Shown piece after piece: positions 1-8,427 of a stretch of DNA of 64,000 nt; position 1 is the first letter of the stretch, and each line of letters begins with the position of its first letter. The stretch is taken from positions 7,447 through 71,446 of the forward strand of contig DATLQA010000029.1 of NCBI GenBank assembly GCA_035535495.1, read 5' to 3'. The notes below the pieces were generated by a model that was given only the letters and a program-made list of their open reading frames with translations, was not told the origin of the DNA and searched no databases. The DNA comes from Actinomycetota bacterium. Lineage in GTDB: Bacteria > Actinomycetota > CALGFH01. The position numbers and the translations under genes were made by a program.

Positions 1-153
1 GAACTCCTCGCCCATGGCCTCCAGCTCGGCCTCGGTCGCCGACAGCACGTCGACCCAGATGAGCGTGTCCGGCTCCTGGCGCACCTCCGAGAGGTCGGCC
101 ACCGGCACGGTGGTCAGCTCCTCCCCTTCGCGGTAGACGCGAATCTTGATCAA
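1..153 (-). CDS. CorA-like Mg2+/Co2+ transporter, N-terminal fragment (continues beyond window start)
   Basis: The reverse-strand translation is LIKIRVYREGEELTTVPVADLSEVRQEPDTLIWVDVLSATEAELEAMGEEF. This resembles the CorA N-terminal domain. Start is a probable TTG at 153. Confidence 0.45.
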   Translation of the reverse strand, partial: MIKIRVYREGEELTTVPVADLSEVRQEPDTLIWVDVLSATEAELEAMGEEF

Positions 154-185
154 CTGCCGTCCTCCTCGACGTGGCCGGCAAGAGG

Positions 186-1094
186 TTACTCGAACGGCTC
201 GTCGGCTCTGCTCGGGGCGCCGGCGGGGCGACCGAGCTCGGCGACGAGCATGCCGGCCACGATGCAGGCCGCGCCGATCCAGCCGCGGGCGGCGAGCCGC
301 TCGCCGGCCAGGAGGAAGCCGAACAGCCCGGCGAACACGGGTTCCATGGTGAGGATGATGGCCGTGCGGGTGGGGGAGACGTCGCGCTGCGCCCGGGTCT
401 GGATCAGGAAGCCACCGGCGGACGCGAGCACGGTGGTGACCGCCAGGGCGACCCAGACCTGGGCGGAGCCAGGCATCTGGAGGTCGCCGGCTCCGGCCGC
501 CCAGGCCAGCGCGAGGGCGCCGACGGTGAAGAGCTGCACCACCGCCAGCGGGTAGCTGTCGTGGCGGGGTGCGTAGCGGCCCAGCAGCAGGATGTGGATG
601 GCGAAGGCGAACGCGCAGCCGAGCACCAGCGCGTCGCCTCTGCGCACCTCGAGGCGGTCAAGCGTCAGCAGGGCCAGGCCGGTGACGGCCAGCACCGCGC
701 CAGTGGCCGGCCAGCGGCCCGGCCGCTCACGGAGCACCAGCGCGGCCAGCAGCGGGGTGAGCACCACCGCCAGCCCGGTGATGAAGCCCGCGTTGGAGGC
801 GCTGGTGTACTGCAGCCCGACGGTCTGGAAGCCGTACCCGGCGAACAACGCGAGCCCGGCCACCACCCCGGCGCCGGCCAGGCCGTGCTTCAGCCGGACG
901 GCCAGCCGGGGCCGGAGCACGGCGAGCAGCACCGCCGCCGCGAGGAAGCGGATGGCGATGAAGGTGGACGGCGGCAGGAGGGCGACCGCGTCGCGGACCA
1001 GCACGAAGGTCGCCCCCCACACCGCGGTCACCGCGACCAGGCCGAGCTCCCACCGGAGGGTGGCCAGCCGCCGCGTCAGGAGGGTCGCGCTCAC
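186..1094 (-). CDS. EamA/DMT family transporter
   Basis: The minus-strand ORF 186..1256 has ~10 predicted TM helices and duplicated EamA-like halves. The probable GTG start is VSATLL.., 14 aa before TM1. The + strand ORF 171..1145 is the antisense artefact. Confidence 0.8.
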   Translation of the reverse strand: MSATLLTRRLATLRWELGLVAVTAVWGATFVLVRDAVALLPPSTFIAIRFLAAAVLLAVLRPRLAVRLKHGLAGAGVVAGLALFAGYGFQTVGLQYTSASNAGFITGLAVVLTPLLAALVLRERPGRWPATGAVLAVTGLALLTLDRLEVRRGDALVLGCAFAFAIHILLLGRYAPRHDSYPLAVVQLFTVGALALAWAAGAGDLQMPGSAQVWVALAVTTVLASAGGFLIQTRAQRDVSPTRTAIILTMEPVFAGLFGFLLAGERLAARGWIGAACIVAGMLVAELGRPAGAPSRADEPFE

Positions 1095-1257
1095 CGCCCG
1101 ACCATACCCTGTCGCTCCGCCGGGGCGGGCGGCGCCGGCCCATGACGGCTCCCGGTCACGCTGGAGCGGTGGTTCTGGTTCGACGGGATCGGCGCCTGGG
1201 CTTATGGTTGCGCGGCGAACGGGGGCACACCGGTCACGCGTGGGAGGGGGACGCATC

Positions 1258-1860
1258 TTGGACGCGTATGTGCTCGTCCATCAGGCTGAGGACGACGTCA
1301 TCGACAGGCTCGAGCAGGTGCCCGACGTCCGCTTCGCGACCCGCACGGTCGGTGCCCACGTCGCCGTCGCCGTGTTCTGCGGGCCGGAGATCACCGACGT
1401 CGCGGCCATGGTCGAGCGGGCGCGCCGGTGGGGGATCCTGGCGCACGAGACGGCCATCCCGTTGCGGCCCAACCCGCCGCACATCAAGGGCGTGCTCCCA
1501 AGGAAACACGAGGCGTTCGTCGGCCTGACGGTGGCGCCGCCGTACGAGCGGGTCCAGCGCGCGGTCGCCGGCCTGCGCCAGCTGGAGATCACCGTGGCGG
1601 TCCACGCCGTGGCCGGCCGGTACCAGGTCATGGCCGAGCTGGCCAGCGTCGACTACCACGACCTGCGCGACGCGCTCCTGCTCGACGTGCCCAGCATCGA
1701 AGGGGTGACCTCGATCACCTCCTCCCTGGCGATCTGTTACAACGCACCGCCGTCGGCGCGACCGTCGCCGGACGGGATGGACTGGTTCTGGCGTGATCCC
1801 GATTCGGGTCCGGAGGAGCCCGAACTGCACTGGGGAACGACGCGCCAGCACGGCACCTAG
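1258..1860 (+). CDS. Protein with two tandem AsnC/Lrp-type ligand-binding (RAM) domains, no HTH
   Basis: This is the C-terminal 200 aa of ORF 592..1860. A TTG start at 1258 is preceded by GGGAGGGGGA. The two halves LDAYVLV...ETAIPL and HEAFVGLTV...SLAI each resemble the AsnC C-terminal domain. Confidence 0.5.
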   Translation: MDAYVLVHQAEDDVIDRLEQVPDVRFATRTVGAHVAVAVFCGPEITDVAAMVERARRWGILAHETAIPLRPNPPHIKGVLPRKHEAFVGLTVAPPYERVQRAVAGLRQLEITVAVHAVAGRYQVMAELASVDYHDLRDALLLDVPSIEGVTSITSSLAICYNAPPSARPSPDGMDWFWRDPDSGPEEPELHWGTTRQHGT

Positions 1861-1872
1861 GCCAGGTGGCGC

Positions 1873-4800
1873 ATGACCGCCCGGCCACCCGCCCCGGTCC
1901 GCAAGACCGTCACCATCGTGTTCAGCGACGTGGTCGGCTCGACCCCGCTCGGCGAGCTGCTCGACCCCGAGTCCCTCCGCGAGGTGGTCACCGGCTACTA
2001 CCAGCAGGTGGCCACGGTGCTCGAGCGGCACGGCGGCAGGGTGTCGAAGTTCATCGGCGACGCTGTCCTGGCTGTGTTCGGCGTGCCGTGGATGCACGAG
2101 GACGACGCCTTGCGGGCGGTGCGCGCCGCCAGCGAGCTGGGGCCGTCCCTCGACCAGCTCAACGCCGACCTGGAGGCGGCGTGGGGCCTGCGCATCCTGC
2201 TGCGGACCGGGGTCAACACCGGCGAGGTGGTGGTCGGCGACGACCTCTACGGCCAGGACGTGACCGTCGGCGACGCGGTCAACCTGGCGGCCAGGCTCGA
2301 GCAGGCGGCCGAGCCGGGCGAGGTCCTCCTCGGCGAGTCCACCCACCGGCTGGTGCGCGACGCGGTCGAGGCCGACCCGCTCCCGCCGCTCGCCGTGAAG
2401 GGCAAGGCGCAGCCGGTGGGTGCCTGGCGGCTGCGGGCGGTCCGCCCCGACGTCCCTGGCGGCGCCCGCCGGGCGGAGGCGCCCCTTGTCGGTCGCGGGC
2501 CGCAGTGGACCCGGCTCACCGAAGCGTTCGAGCGCTGCGTCGCCGACCGCGCCTGCTCCCAGGTGACCCTGGTGGGAGCCGCCGGGGTCGGCAAGTCACG
2601 GCTCGCCGCCGAGTTCGTCGCCTCGGTCGCGGACCGGGCGACCGTGCTGCGGGGCCGCTGCCTGTCCTACGGCGACGGCATCACCTTCTGGCCGGTGGCC
2701 GAGGTCCTGCGGCAGGCCGCCGGGATCACCGGGGGCGACCCTCCGGCGGCCGCCCAGGCCAAGCTGGCGGAGCTGGTCGTCGGCGAGGAGCGGGCCGAGC
2801 GGGTCGCCGAGCTGGCCGGCGGTGTCCTCCGCGTGGCCGGCGAGGCCGGCCAGCTCGAGGAGACGTTCTGGGCGATCCGCCGCGTCCTGGAGGTGGCCGC
2901 TGGCAGCCGGCCGCTGGTGGTCGTGCTCGACGACCTCCACTGGGCCGAGCCGACCCTCCTCGATCTCGTCGAGCACGTCGCCAGCTGGTCACGCGGCCGG
3001 CCGATCCTGCTGCTCTGCCTCAGCCGTCCAGACCTGATCGAGCAGCGGCCCGCATGGGGAGCCGGCGCGGTCGACGCCCGCCTGGTGCAGCTCGACCCCC
3101 TGCCGGAGGACCAAGGCCTGCTCCTGCTCGACGAGCTGCTCGGCGTGTCGGCGCTGGACGGCGCCACCCGGCAGCGCATCGTCCGCACCGCCGAGGGCAA
3201 CCCGCTGTTCATCGAGGAGCTCGTGCAGATGCTGGTGGACGAGGGCCATCTCCACCGCGAGCAGGGCCGCTGGGTCCCCACCGGCGACCTGTCCACCCTC
3301 AAGATCCCGCTTTCGATCGCCACGCTGCTGCTCGCCCGGCTCGACCGTCTCGAAGCTGCCGAGCGCGCGGTGGTCGACCGAGCGGCGGTCATCGGGAAGG
3401 AGTTCTCCGCGGTCCAGGTCACCGAGCTGGCCCCGCCGCCGCCGCCCGAAGAGGTGGAGGCGAGCCTGGCGGCCCTGGTGCTCAAGGCGCTGGTCCGGCT
3501 GGAGCCGGCGGTGGCGTCCGGACGTGGCCGCTTCGCCTTCCGGCACCAGCTGGTGCGGGACGTCGCGTATGAAGCGACCTCCAAGCGCCTCCGCGCCGAG
3601 CTGCACGAGCGCTTCGCCGCCTGGCTGGAATCCGCGGCCAGCGACCGCCTTCCCGAGGTCCAGGAGGTGCTCGGCTACCACCTGGAGCATGCCTACCGCG
3701 CGCTGGCCGCGCTGGGCGTGCCGGGCGAGCGGGGCCGGCGCCTGGCCAGGCGTGCCAGCGCCCATCTCGGCGCCGCCGGGCGGCGGGCCGCCGCCGGCGG
3801 CGACATGCCGGCCGCCGCCAGCCTCCTCGAACGGGCTGTCGCGCTGCTGCCGGCCGGCGACGGTGAGCGGCTCGCGCTCCTTCCCGAGCTGGGCGAGGCT
3901 CTCGGCGCCACCGGCGAGCTGGCCAGGGTCGAGGCGCTGCTCGCCGAGGGCCTGGAGCTGGCCACCGCCGCCCAGGACGAGCGGCTCGCCGCCCACCTGA
4001 GCCTGCAACGCTGGCGCTGGCAGCTGTTCACCAGCCCCGACGCCCAGGCGGAGGTGGCCAGGCAGGAGGCGGAGCAGTTCGTGGTCGTCCTGGAACGGCA
4101 CGGCGACCACCGCGGCCTGGCGCAGGCGTGGCGCCTGGTCGCGCTGGTGCACGCCTTCCGGAACCGCTTCTCCGACGAGCTGGAGGCGTTGACGCGCGGC
4201 CTCCGCCACGCCGAGCTGGCGGGCGACCGGCGCCTGGGCGCCGCGCTGAACGGCATGGTCAGCGCCGCCCTGCTGTACGGGCCCACACCGGTCGCCGAGG
4301 CGGTCGCCAGAGCCGAGCGCGTCCTGGACGACGCCCGCGGCAGCGGCGACCTGCTGGGAGAGGCGGATGCCCTGTTCGACCTCGGCCAGCTCGACGCCCG
4401 CCGTGGCGACCTCGCCGCCGCGCGTGCCCACCTGGCCGAGAGCGCGGCGACCTTCGAGCAGTTCGGGCTGGCGCTCACCCAGGCCCGCGTGCTGATGGAG
4501 GCGGGAGCCAACGAGCTCCTGGCCGACGACCCTGCCGCCGCCGAGCGGGAACTGCTCGGCGTCTACCGTGCCCTTGAGCGCATGGGCGACAGCGGGAGCC
4601 GCTCGACGGTGGCGGCCTGGCTCGCCGAGGCGGCCTGGCGGCTCGGTCGCGACGACCGGGCCGAAGACCATGCCGGGCAGAGCGAGCGGCTGGCCTCGCC
4701 GACCGACGTCTTCACCCAGGTCGTCTGGCGCGGCGTCCTCGCCAAGGTCCGGTCGCGCCAGGGCCGCCTGGCGGACGCGGAGCGGCTCGCCGAGGAGGCG

Positions 4801-5004
4801 GTCCGCCTCGCCGCCACCACCGACAACCTCGAGCTCAGCGCGATCGCCCTGCTGGACCAGGCCGAGGTGCTGGACGGTGAGCGCGGGGCGGCGGCCGCCG
4901 CCGAGGCGTTGCGGCTGTCCGAACGCAAGGGCATCGTCCCCCTCGCCGCCAGGGCCCGGCGCCGCCTGGCCAGGGCGCCGGCGCCCGACCCGACCGCTAG
5001 CTGA
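1873..5004 (+). CDS. Class III adenylyl/guanylyl cyclase domain fused to NB-ARC/AAA ATPase and TPR-like helical repeats (no C-terminal LuxR HTH)
   Basis: The N-terminus has the cyclase signature TIVFSDVVGST...KFIGDAVLAVFG. A Walker A GAAGVGKS follows, then DDLHWAEPTLL (NB-ARC-like) and a long Leu/Ala-rich helical repeat region to the end. Confidence 0.9.
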   Translation: MTARPPAPVRKTVTIVFSDVVGSTPLGELLDPESLREVVTGYYQQVATVLERHGGRVSKFIGDAVLAVFGVPWMHEDDALRAVRAASELGPSLDQLNADLEAAWGLRILLRTGVNTGEVVVGDDLYGQDVTVGDAVNLAARLEQAAEPGEVLLGESTHRLVRDAVEADPLPPLAVKGKAQPVGAWRLRAVRPDVPGGARRAEAPLVGRGPQWTRLTEAFERCVADRACSQVTLVGAAGVGKSRLAAEFVASVADRATVLRGRCLSYGDGITFWPVAEVLRQAAGITGGDPPAAAQAKLAELVVGEERAERVAELAGGVLRVAGEAGQLEETFWAIRRVLEVAAGSRPLVVVLDDLHWAEPTLLDLVEHVASWSRGRPILLLCLSRPDLIEQRPAWGAGAVDARLVQLDPLPEDQGLLLLDELLGVSALDGATRQRIVRTAEGNPLFIEELVQMLVDEGHLHREQGRWVPTGDLSTLKIPLSIATLLLARLDRLEAAERAVVDRAAVIGKEFSAVQVTELAPPPPPEEVEASLAALVLKALVRLEPAVASGRGRFAFRHQLVRDVAYEATSKRLRAELHERFAAWLESAASDRLPEVQEVLGYHLEHAYRALAALGVPGERGRRLARRASAHLGAAGRRAAAGGDMPAAASLLERAVALLPAGDGERLALLPELGEALGATGELARVEALLAEGLELATAAQDERLAAHLSLQRWRWQLFTSPDAQAEVARQEAEQFVVVLERHGDHRGLAQAWRLVALVHAFRNRFSDELEALTRGLRHAELAGDRRLGAALNGMVSAALLYGPTPVAEAVARAERVLDDARGSGDLLGEADALFDLGQLDARRGDLAAARAHLAESAATFEQFGLALTQARVLMEAGANELLADDPAAAERELLGVYRALERMGDSGSRSTVAAWLAEAAWRLGRDDRAEDHAGQSERLASPTDVFTQVVWRGVLAKVRSRQGRLADAERLAEEAVRLAATTDNLELSAIALLDQAEVLDGERGAAAAAEALRLSERKGIVPLAARARRRLARAPAPDPTAS

Positions 5005-5884
5005 CCGGCGCGGGGCGGCCGGCCGCGCGGAGGCGCTTCAGGCGGGCGACGTTCCGGGCGTGGTCGGCCTGCTCGCCAGGGGTCTCGGTGATCATCGCGG
5101 TGCCGTACAGGCCCGGGTGGGCGAGCACCGCCGCGAAGCCGTCGTCGCCGATCAGGCCCTCGCCGACGTGCCAGTGCCGGTCGAGACGGGCGCCACGCGG
5201 CTCGCGGGTGTCGTTGGCGTGGACCAGCGCCACCCGCCCGCCGACCGCGGCGACCAGGTGGTCGATGGTCGCGGTGGCGGCGCCGCGGCCGGTCAGGTCG
5301 TAGCCGGCGGCGTGGGCGTGGCAGGTGTCGAGGCAGACGGTCAGGCGTGGATGGTCGTCGCAGGCGGCCAGCAGCTCGGCCACCTGCTCGAAGCGGCTCG
5401 CCAGCGACCCCTTGCCGTCGGCGGTGAGCTCCAGGGCCACCACCGGCCCGGCGCCGTCGTCACCGACGACGTCGAGCAGGCCGTCGCGGGTGGCGGCGAG
5501 GGCGCGCGGCCGACCGCCGCCGGTCTCGTAGCCGGCGTGCACGACCACCCCGGCCACGCCCATCCCGGCGGCCCTTGCCAGGGTGGCGGCGAGCATCGCC
5601 CGCGAGCGCCGCGCGCTCTGCTGGTTGGTCGAGGCGAGGTTGACCAGGTAAGGCGCGTGCACGAAGACCGGGCCGAGGCCGGCCTCGGCGACCAGGACGC
5701 GGAACCGCTCGTCACGGGCAGGGTCATCGGGGGGCAGCGCCCAGGCGCGCGGGTTCGAGGCCCACACCTGGAACGCCTCGCAGCCGGCGGCTTGCGCGTT
5801 GGCCACCGCCCGCTCCAGGCCGCCGGCGGCGGAGACGTGCGCGCCGACGCGCACGCCGGTCGTCCGGGAGTCCGGGGAGCTCAT
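4997..5884 (-). CDS. nfo: Deoxyribonuclease IV (endonuclease IV, AP endonuclease family 2)
   Basis: Conserved motifs are VGAHVSAAGG, HAPYLVNLAS, LVVHAG and CLDTCHAHAAGYD. The gene converges on the cyclase gene with an 8-nt overlap. An alternative GTG start at 5854 is possible. Confidence 0.9.
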   Translation of the reverse strand: MSSPDSRTTGVRVGAHVSAAGGLERAVANAQAAGCEAFQVWASNPRAWALPPDDPARDERFRVLVAEAGLGPVFVHAPYLVNLASTNQQSARRSRAMLAATLARAAGMGVAGVVVHAGYETGGGRPRALAATRDGLLDVVGDDGAGPVVALELTADGKGSLASRFEQVAELLAACDDHPRLTVCLDTCHAHAAGYDLTGRGAATATIDHLVAAVGGRVALVHANDTREPRGARLDRHWHVGEGLIGDDGFAAVLAHPGLYGTAMITETPGEQADHARNVARLKRLRAAGRPAPVS

Positions 5885-5909
5885 GGAGCGAAGCGTAGCG
5901 CCGCCGGCG

Positions 5910-7751
5910 CTACACGGGGGAGAGGAACAGGACCACCGTCGTGCCGTGCCGGACCTTCCGGCCAGGCGCCGGGTTCTGGTCGAGCACGCGGGCGCCGAAG
6001 AAGGCCCGCCGTGGCTCCAGGCCGAGCTTCCGCAGGAGGTCGGCGGCGTCGTTGGCGTCCATGCCGCGGACGCTGGGGACGACCACCTCGTCGGCGCCCT
6101 TGGAGACCTGCACCTGGACGGTGCTGCCCTGCTCGACGTTGGTGCCGGAGGGGGGGTTGGTCCGGACCACGAAGCCGGGCCGGACCCCGTCGGCGAACAC
6201 GTTCTCGCGGTTGACCTTGAGCTTGGCGGCGTTGAGGCGGCGCCTGGCCTGCGTGAAGCTGAGGCCGTCGACGGCGGGCACGTCCACCCGCGGCCGGCCG
6301 CTCGACACGGTGAGCTGGATCGCCTGGTCGCTGATTGGCGTGCCGGGGGGTGGGTTGGTGCCGACCACCCGGCCGGCCGGGACGGTCATGCTCGGCTGCT
6401 GGTTGACGGTGTAGGGGAGGCGGAGCTGGTCGAGCCGTGCCTGGGCCACCCCCGCGTCGACGTTGGCCAGGTTGGGCAGGACGATGCCGGACGACGGGAA
6501 CAGGACGACCACGGTGAATCGGCGCACGGCGCGGTCGGGTGGGACCGACTGCGCGGCGACCCGGCCGGCGGGGACGTCGGCTGATGGTCGGGGCGTGCCG
6601 ATGTCGACCCGCAGGAGCCGGCGGTGCAGCTCCAGCTTGGCGAGTCCCTGCTGCTTGCCGACCACCTGCGGCATGGCGACCGACTGGGCGGCGAGCCGCT
6701 GCAGGCCGAGGCCGGTCGCGACCAGCACGACACCGAGGACGACCAGGAGCGCGACCAGGCGGTTGCCCATGCGCTCGGTGCGGCTGCGCTCGCGCCGTAC
6801 CTTTGGCACCCGGCCAAGCGAGGGCCTGGTGGTGCGGCTGGAGCGGTTCGGCTGGCCGACGTCCACGCTGGTCTCCCAGCTCCCGGCGTGCTGGGCTGGA
6901 CGCAGGATGTCGCCCATGCGGCGCCGGCGGGGCGCGCCCATGCCGGCGGCGAACTCGGTGGCGCGGGGATAGCGGCGGGCCGGGTCGGGGTCGGTGGCGT
7001 TCCAGATGGCCGTGTCGACGTCCTGGGAGACGCCGGGAACGACCAGGGAGGGCGGCGGCACCCGGCTGGAGAGGTGCTGGGCGATCACCGAGTCCTGGTC
7101 GCCGGTGAACGGCGGCCGGCCGGCAAGGCACTCGTAGGCGACCACGCCGAGGGCGTAGACGTCGGCGCGCCCGTCGACCACGCCGTCGGTCAGCACCTCG
7201 GGGGCGAGGTACTGGGCGGTGCCGGCCAGCGGGGTGTCGCTGGTCATGTGGGCCGCCCGGACCAGCCCGAAGTCGGCCACCTTGATGGCGTCGTCGGTGA
7301 GCAGGACGTTCTCAGGTTTCATGTCGAGGTGGGCGATACCGGCGTGGTGGGCGTGGTCGAGTGCCTCGGCAACCGCGCCGACCAGCTCGGCGGTGGTCTC
7401 GAGGTCCAGCCGGCCGACGCGGTTCAGCAGGTCGCGGAGGGTCTGCCCGGGCACGTACTCCATCACGATCCAGGGCAGCCCTCGCTCGGCCCCCGAGTCG
7501 TGGACGGCCACGATGTTGGGGTGGGAGAGGCGGGCCGCGGCGAGCGCCTCACGGCGGAACTGCTCGGAGAACGCCGGGTCGCTGGCGAACTCGGGGCGGG
7601 GGACCTTCACCGCCACGACGCGGTCGAGCTGGCGGTCGTGGGCGCGGTACACGATCGCCATGCCGCCCCGGGCGATCTGGGCGACCAGTTCGTACCGCCG
7701 GCCGAGGCTCCGGCCGACGAGCCGGTCGACGTCGATGAGGTGCTTGGCCAC
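5910..7751 (-). CDS. Ser/Thr protein kinase with one TM segment and 3-4 extracellular PASTA domains (PknB-like)
   Basis: The kinase domain shows YELVAQIARGGMAIVYRAHD, HRDMKPENVL-like and DFGLVRA. A TM helix LVALLVVLGVVLVATGL follows, then repeated PASTA-like units (VPNLANVDAGVAQARL.. and so on). The GTG start is VAKHLIDVD at 7751 after an AGGAC RBS. The track ORF start at 8012 is upstream read-through. Confidence 0.9.
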   Translation of the reverse strand: MAKHLIDVDRLVGRSLGRRYELVAQIARGGMAIVYRAHDRQLDRVVAVKVPRPEFASDPAFSEQFRREALAAARLSHPNIVAVHDSGAERGLPWIVMEYVPGQTLRDLLNRVGRLDLETTAELVGAVAEALDHAHHAGIAHLDMKPENVLLTDDAIKVADFGLVRAAHMTSDTPLAGTAQYLAPEVLTDGVVDGRADVYALGVVAYECLAGRPPFTGDQDSVIAQHLSSRVPPPSLVVPGVSQDVDTAIWNATDPDPARRYPRATEFAAGMGAPRRRRMGDILRPAQHAGSWETSVDVGQPNRSSRTTRPSLGRVPKVRRERSRTERMGNRLVALLVVLGVVLVATGLGLQRLAAQSVAMPQVVGKQQGLAKLELHRRLLRVDIGTPRPSADVPAGRVAAQSVPPDRAVRRFTVVVLFPSSGIVLPNLANVDAGVAQARLDQLRLPYTVNQQPSMTVPAGRVVGTNPPPGTPISDQAIQLTVSSGRPRVDVPAVDGLSFTQARRRLNAAKLKVNRENVFADGVRPGFVVRTNPPSGTNVEQGSTVQVQVSKGADEVVVPSVRGMDANDAADLLRKLGLEPRRAFFGARVLDQNPAPGRKVRHGTTVVLFLSPV

Positions 7752-7898
7752 GCGAGTCCTGAGTGGTCGAAGATCGTCAGAGCGAGCCAGCAATCGAACT
7801 GGGCGCAGCCGAGATTGTAGGCCAAACGCGTAACGTTTCCGGCGGCATGCCAGAATGCGCTGCGTCCCGCCTCGACCACCAGGAGCCGATCGAAGACC

Positions 7899-8231
7899 AT
7901 GGCGTTCGAGAACGACCTTCGGGTGCTGGGCTTCCGCCTGGCGCAGGACAAGCGCGACGGCACCCGCACCTACGCGCTGGCCCGCAACCGCTTCCTCACC
8001 TACTGGCTGCACCTCCCGGCCGACAACGGACCGGCGTTGTTCACCTGGGAGTTCGCCATCGGCGAGTACATGGACGAATACGGGTTGCAGATCGGCACCA
8101 ACGAGCCGCTCAACCAGTTCCTCTTCCCGCAGACCGACACCGAGCTCGCCCAGGACCTGTCAGCCCTGGTCAAGGCGTTGGAGCGCACCGAGACGATGTT
8201 CGCCGGCATGAACTTCGGTCACCAGGGCTGA
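7899..8231 (+). CDS. Conserved hypothetical protein (110 aa)
   Basis: It starts at ATG, has strong GC3 codon bias and runs divergent from the PASTA kinase. No motif was recognised. Confidence 0.6.
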   Translation: MAFENDLRVLGFRLAQDKRDGTRTYALARNRFLTYWLHLPADNGPALFTWEFAIGEYMDEYGLQIGTNEPLNQFLFPQTDTELAQDLSALVKALERTETMFAGMNFGHQG

Positions 8232-8253
8232 CGGCGTCCCCGAGGAGGCCACA

Positions 8254-8397
8254 TGCGTCGCGGTGGTTCCCTGCTGGTTCTTGTCCTGCTGCTCTACGCA
8301 GCCTTCTACCTGGGGATCCTGTACGAGCGCAACGACTGTCGCATCGACCTGCCCGACACGGTCTCGGCGGTCGACGACACGGTGCGCTGCGGCTGAC
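8254..8397 (+). CDS. Small hydrophobic protein (47 aa, single TM), not in ORF track
   Basis: GAGGAGG sits 6 nt before the ATG. The product is MRRGGSLLVLVLLLYAAFYLGILYERNDCRIDLPDTVSAVDDTVRCG, with GC3-biased codons. Confidence 0.4.
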
Positions 8398-8427
8398 CCG
8401 CCCGCGAGGAGCTCCGAGGGGTGACGC

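Noticed and set aside
171-1145. 324-aa plus-strand ORF over the EamA transporter gene
   Set aside because: Its composition is Gly/Arg/Asp-rich antisense junk. The minus strand encodes a clear 10-TM EamA protein.
1234-2346. 370-aa minus-strand ORF overlapping the AsnC-like and cyclase genes
   Set aside because: It is antisense to two well-supported plus-strand genes and has His/Asp/Gly-rich low-complexity content.
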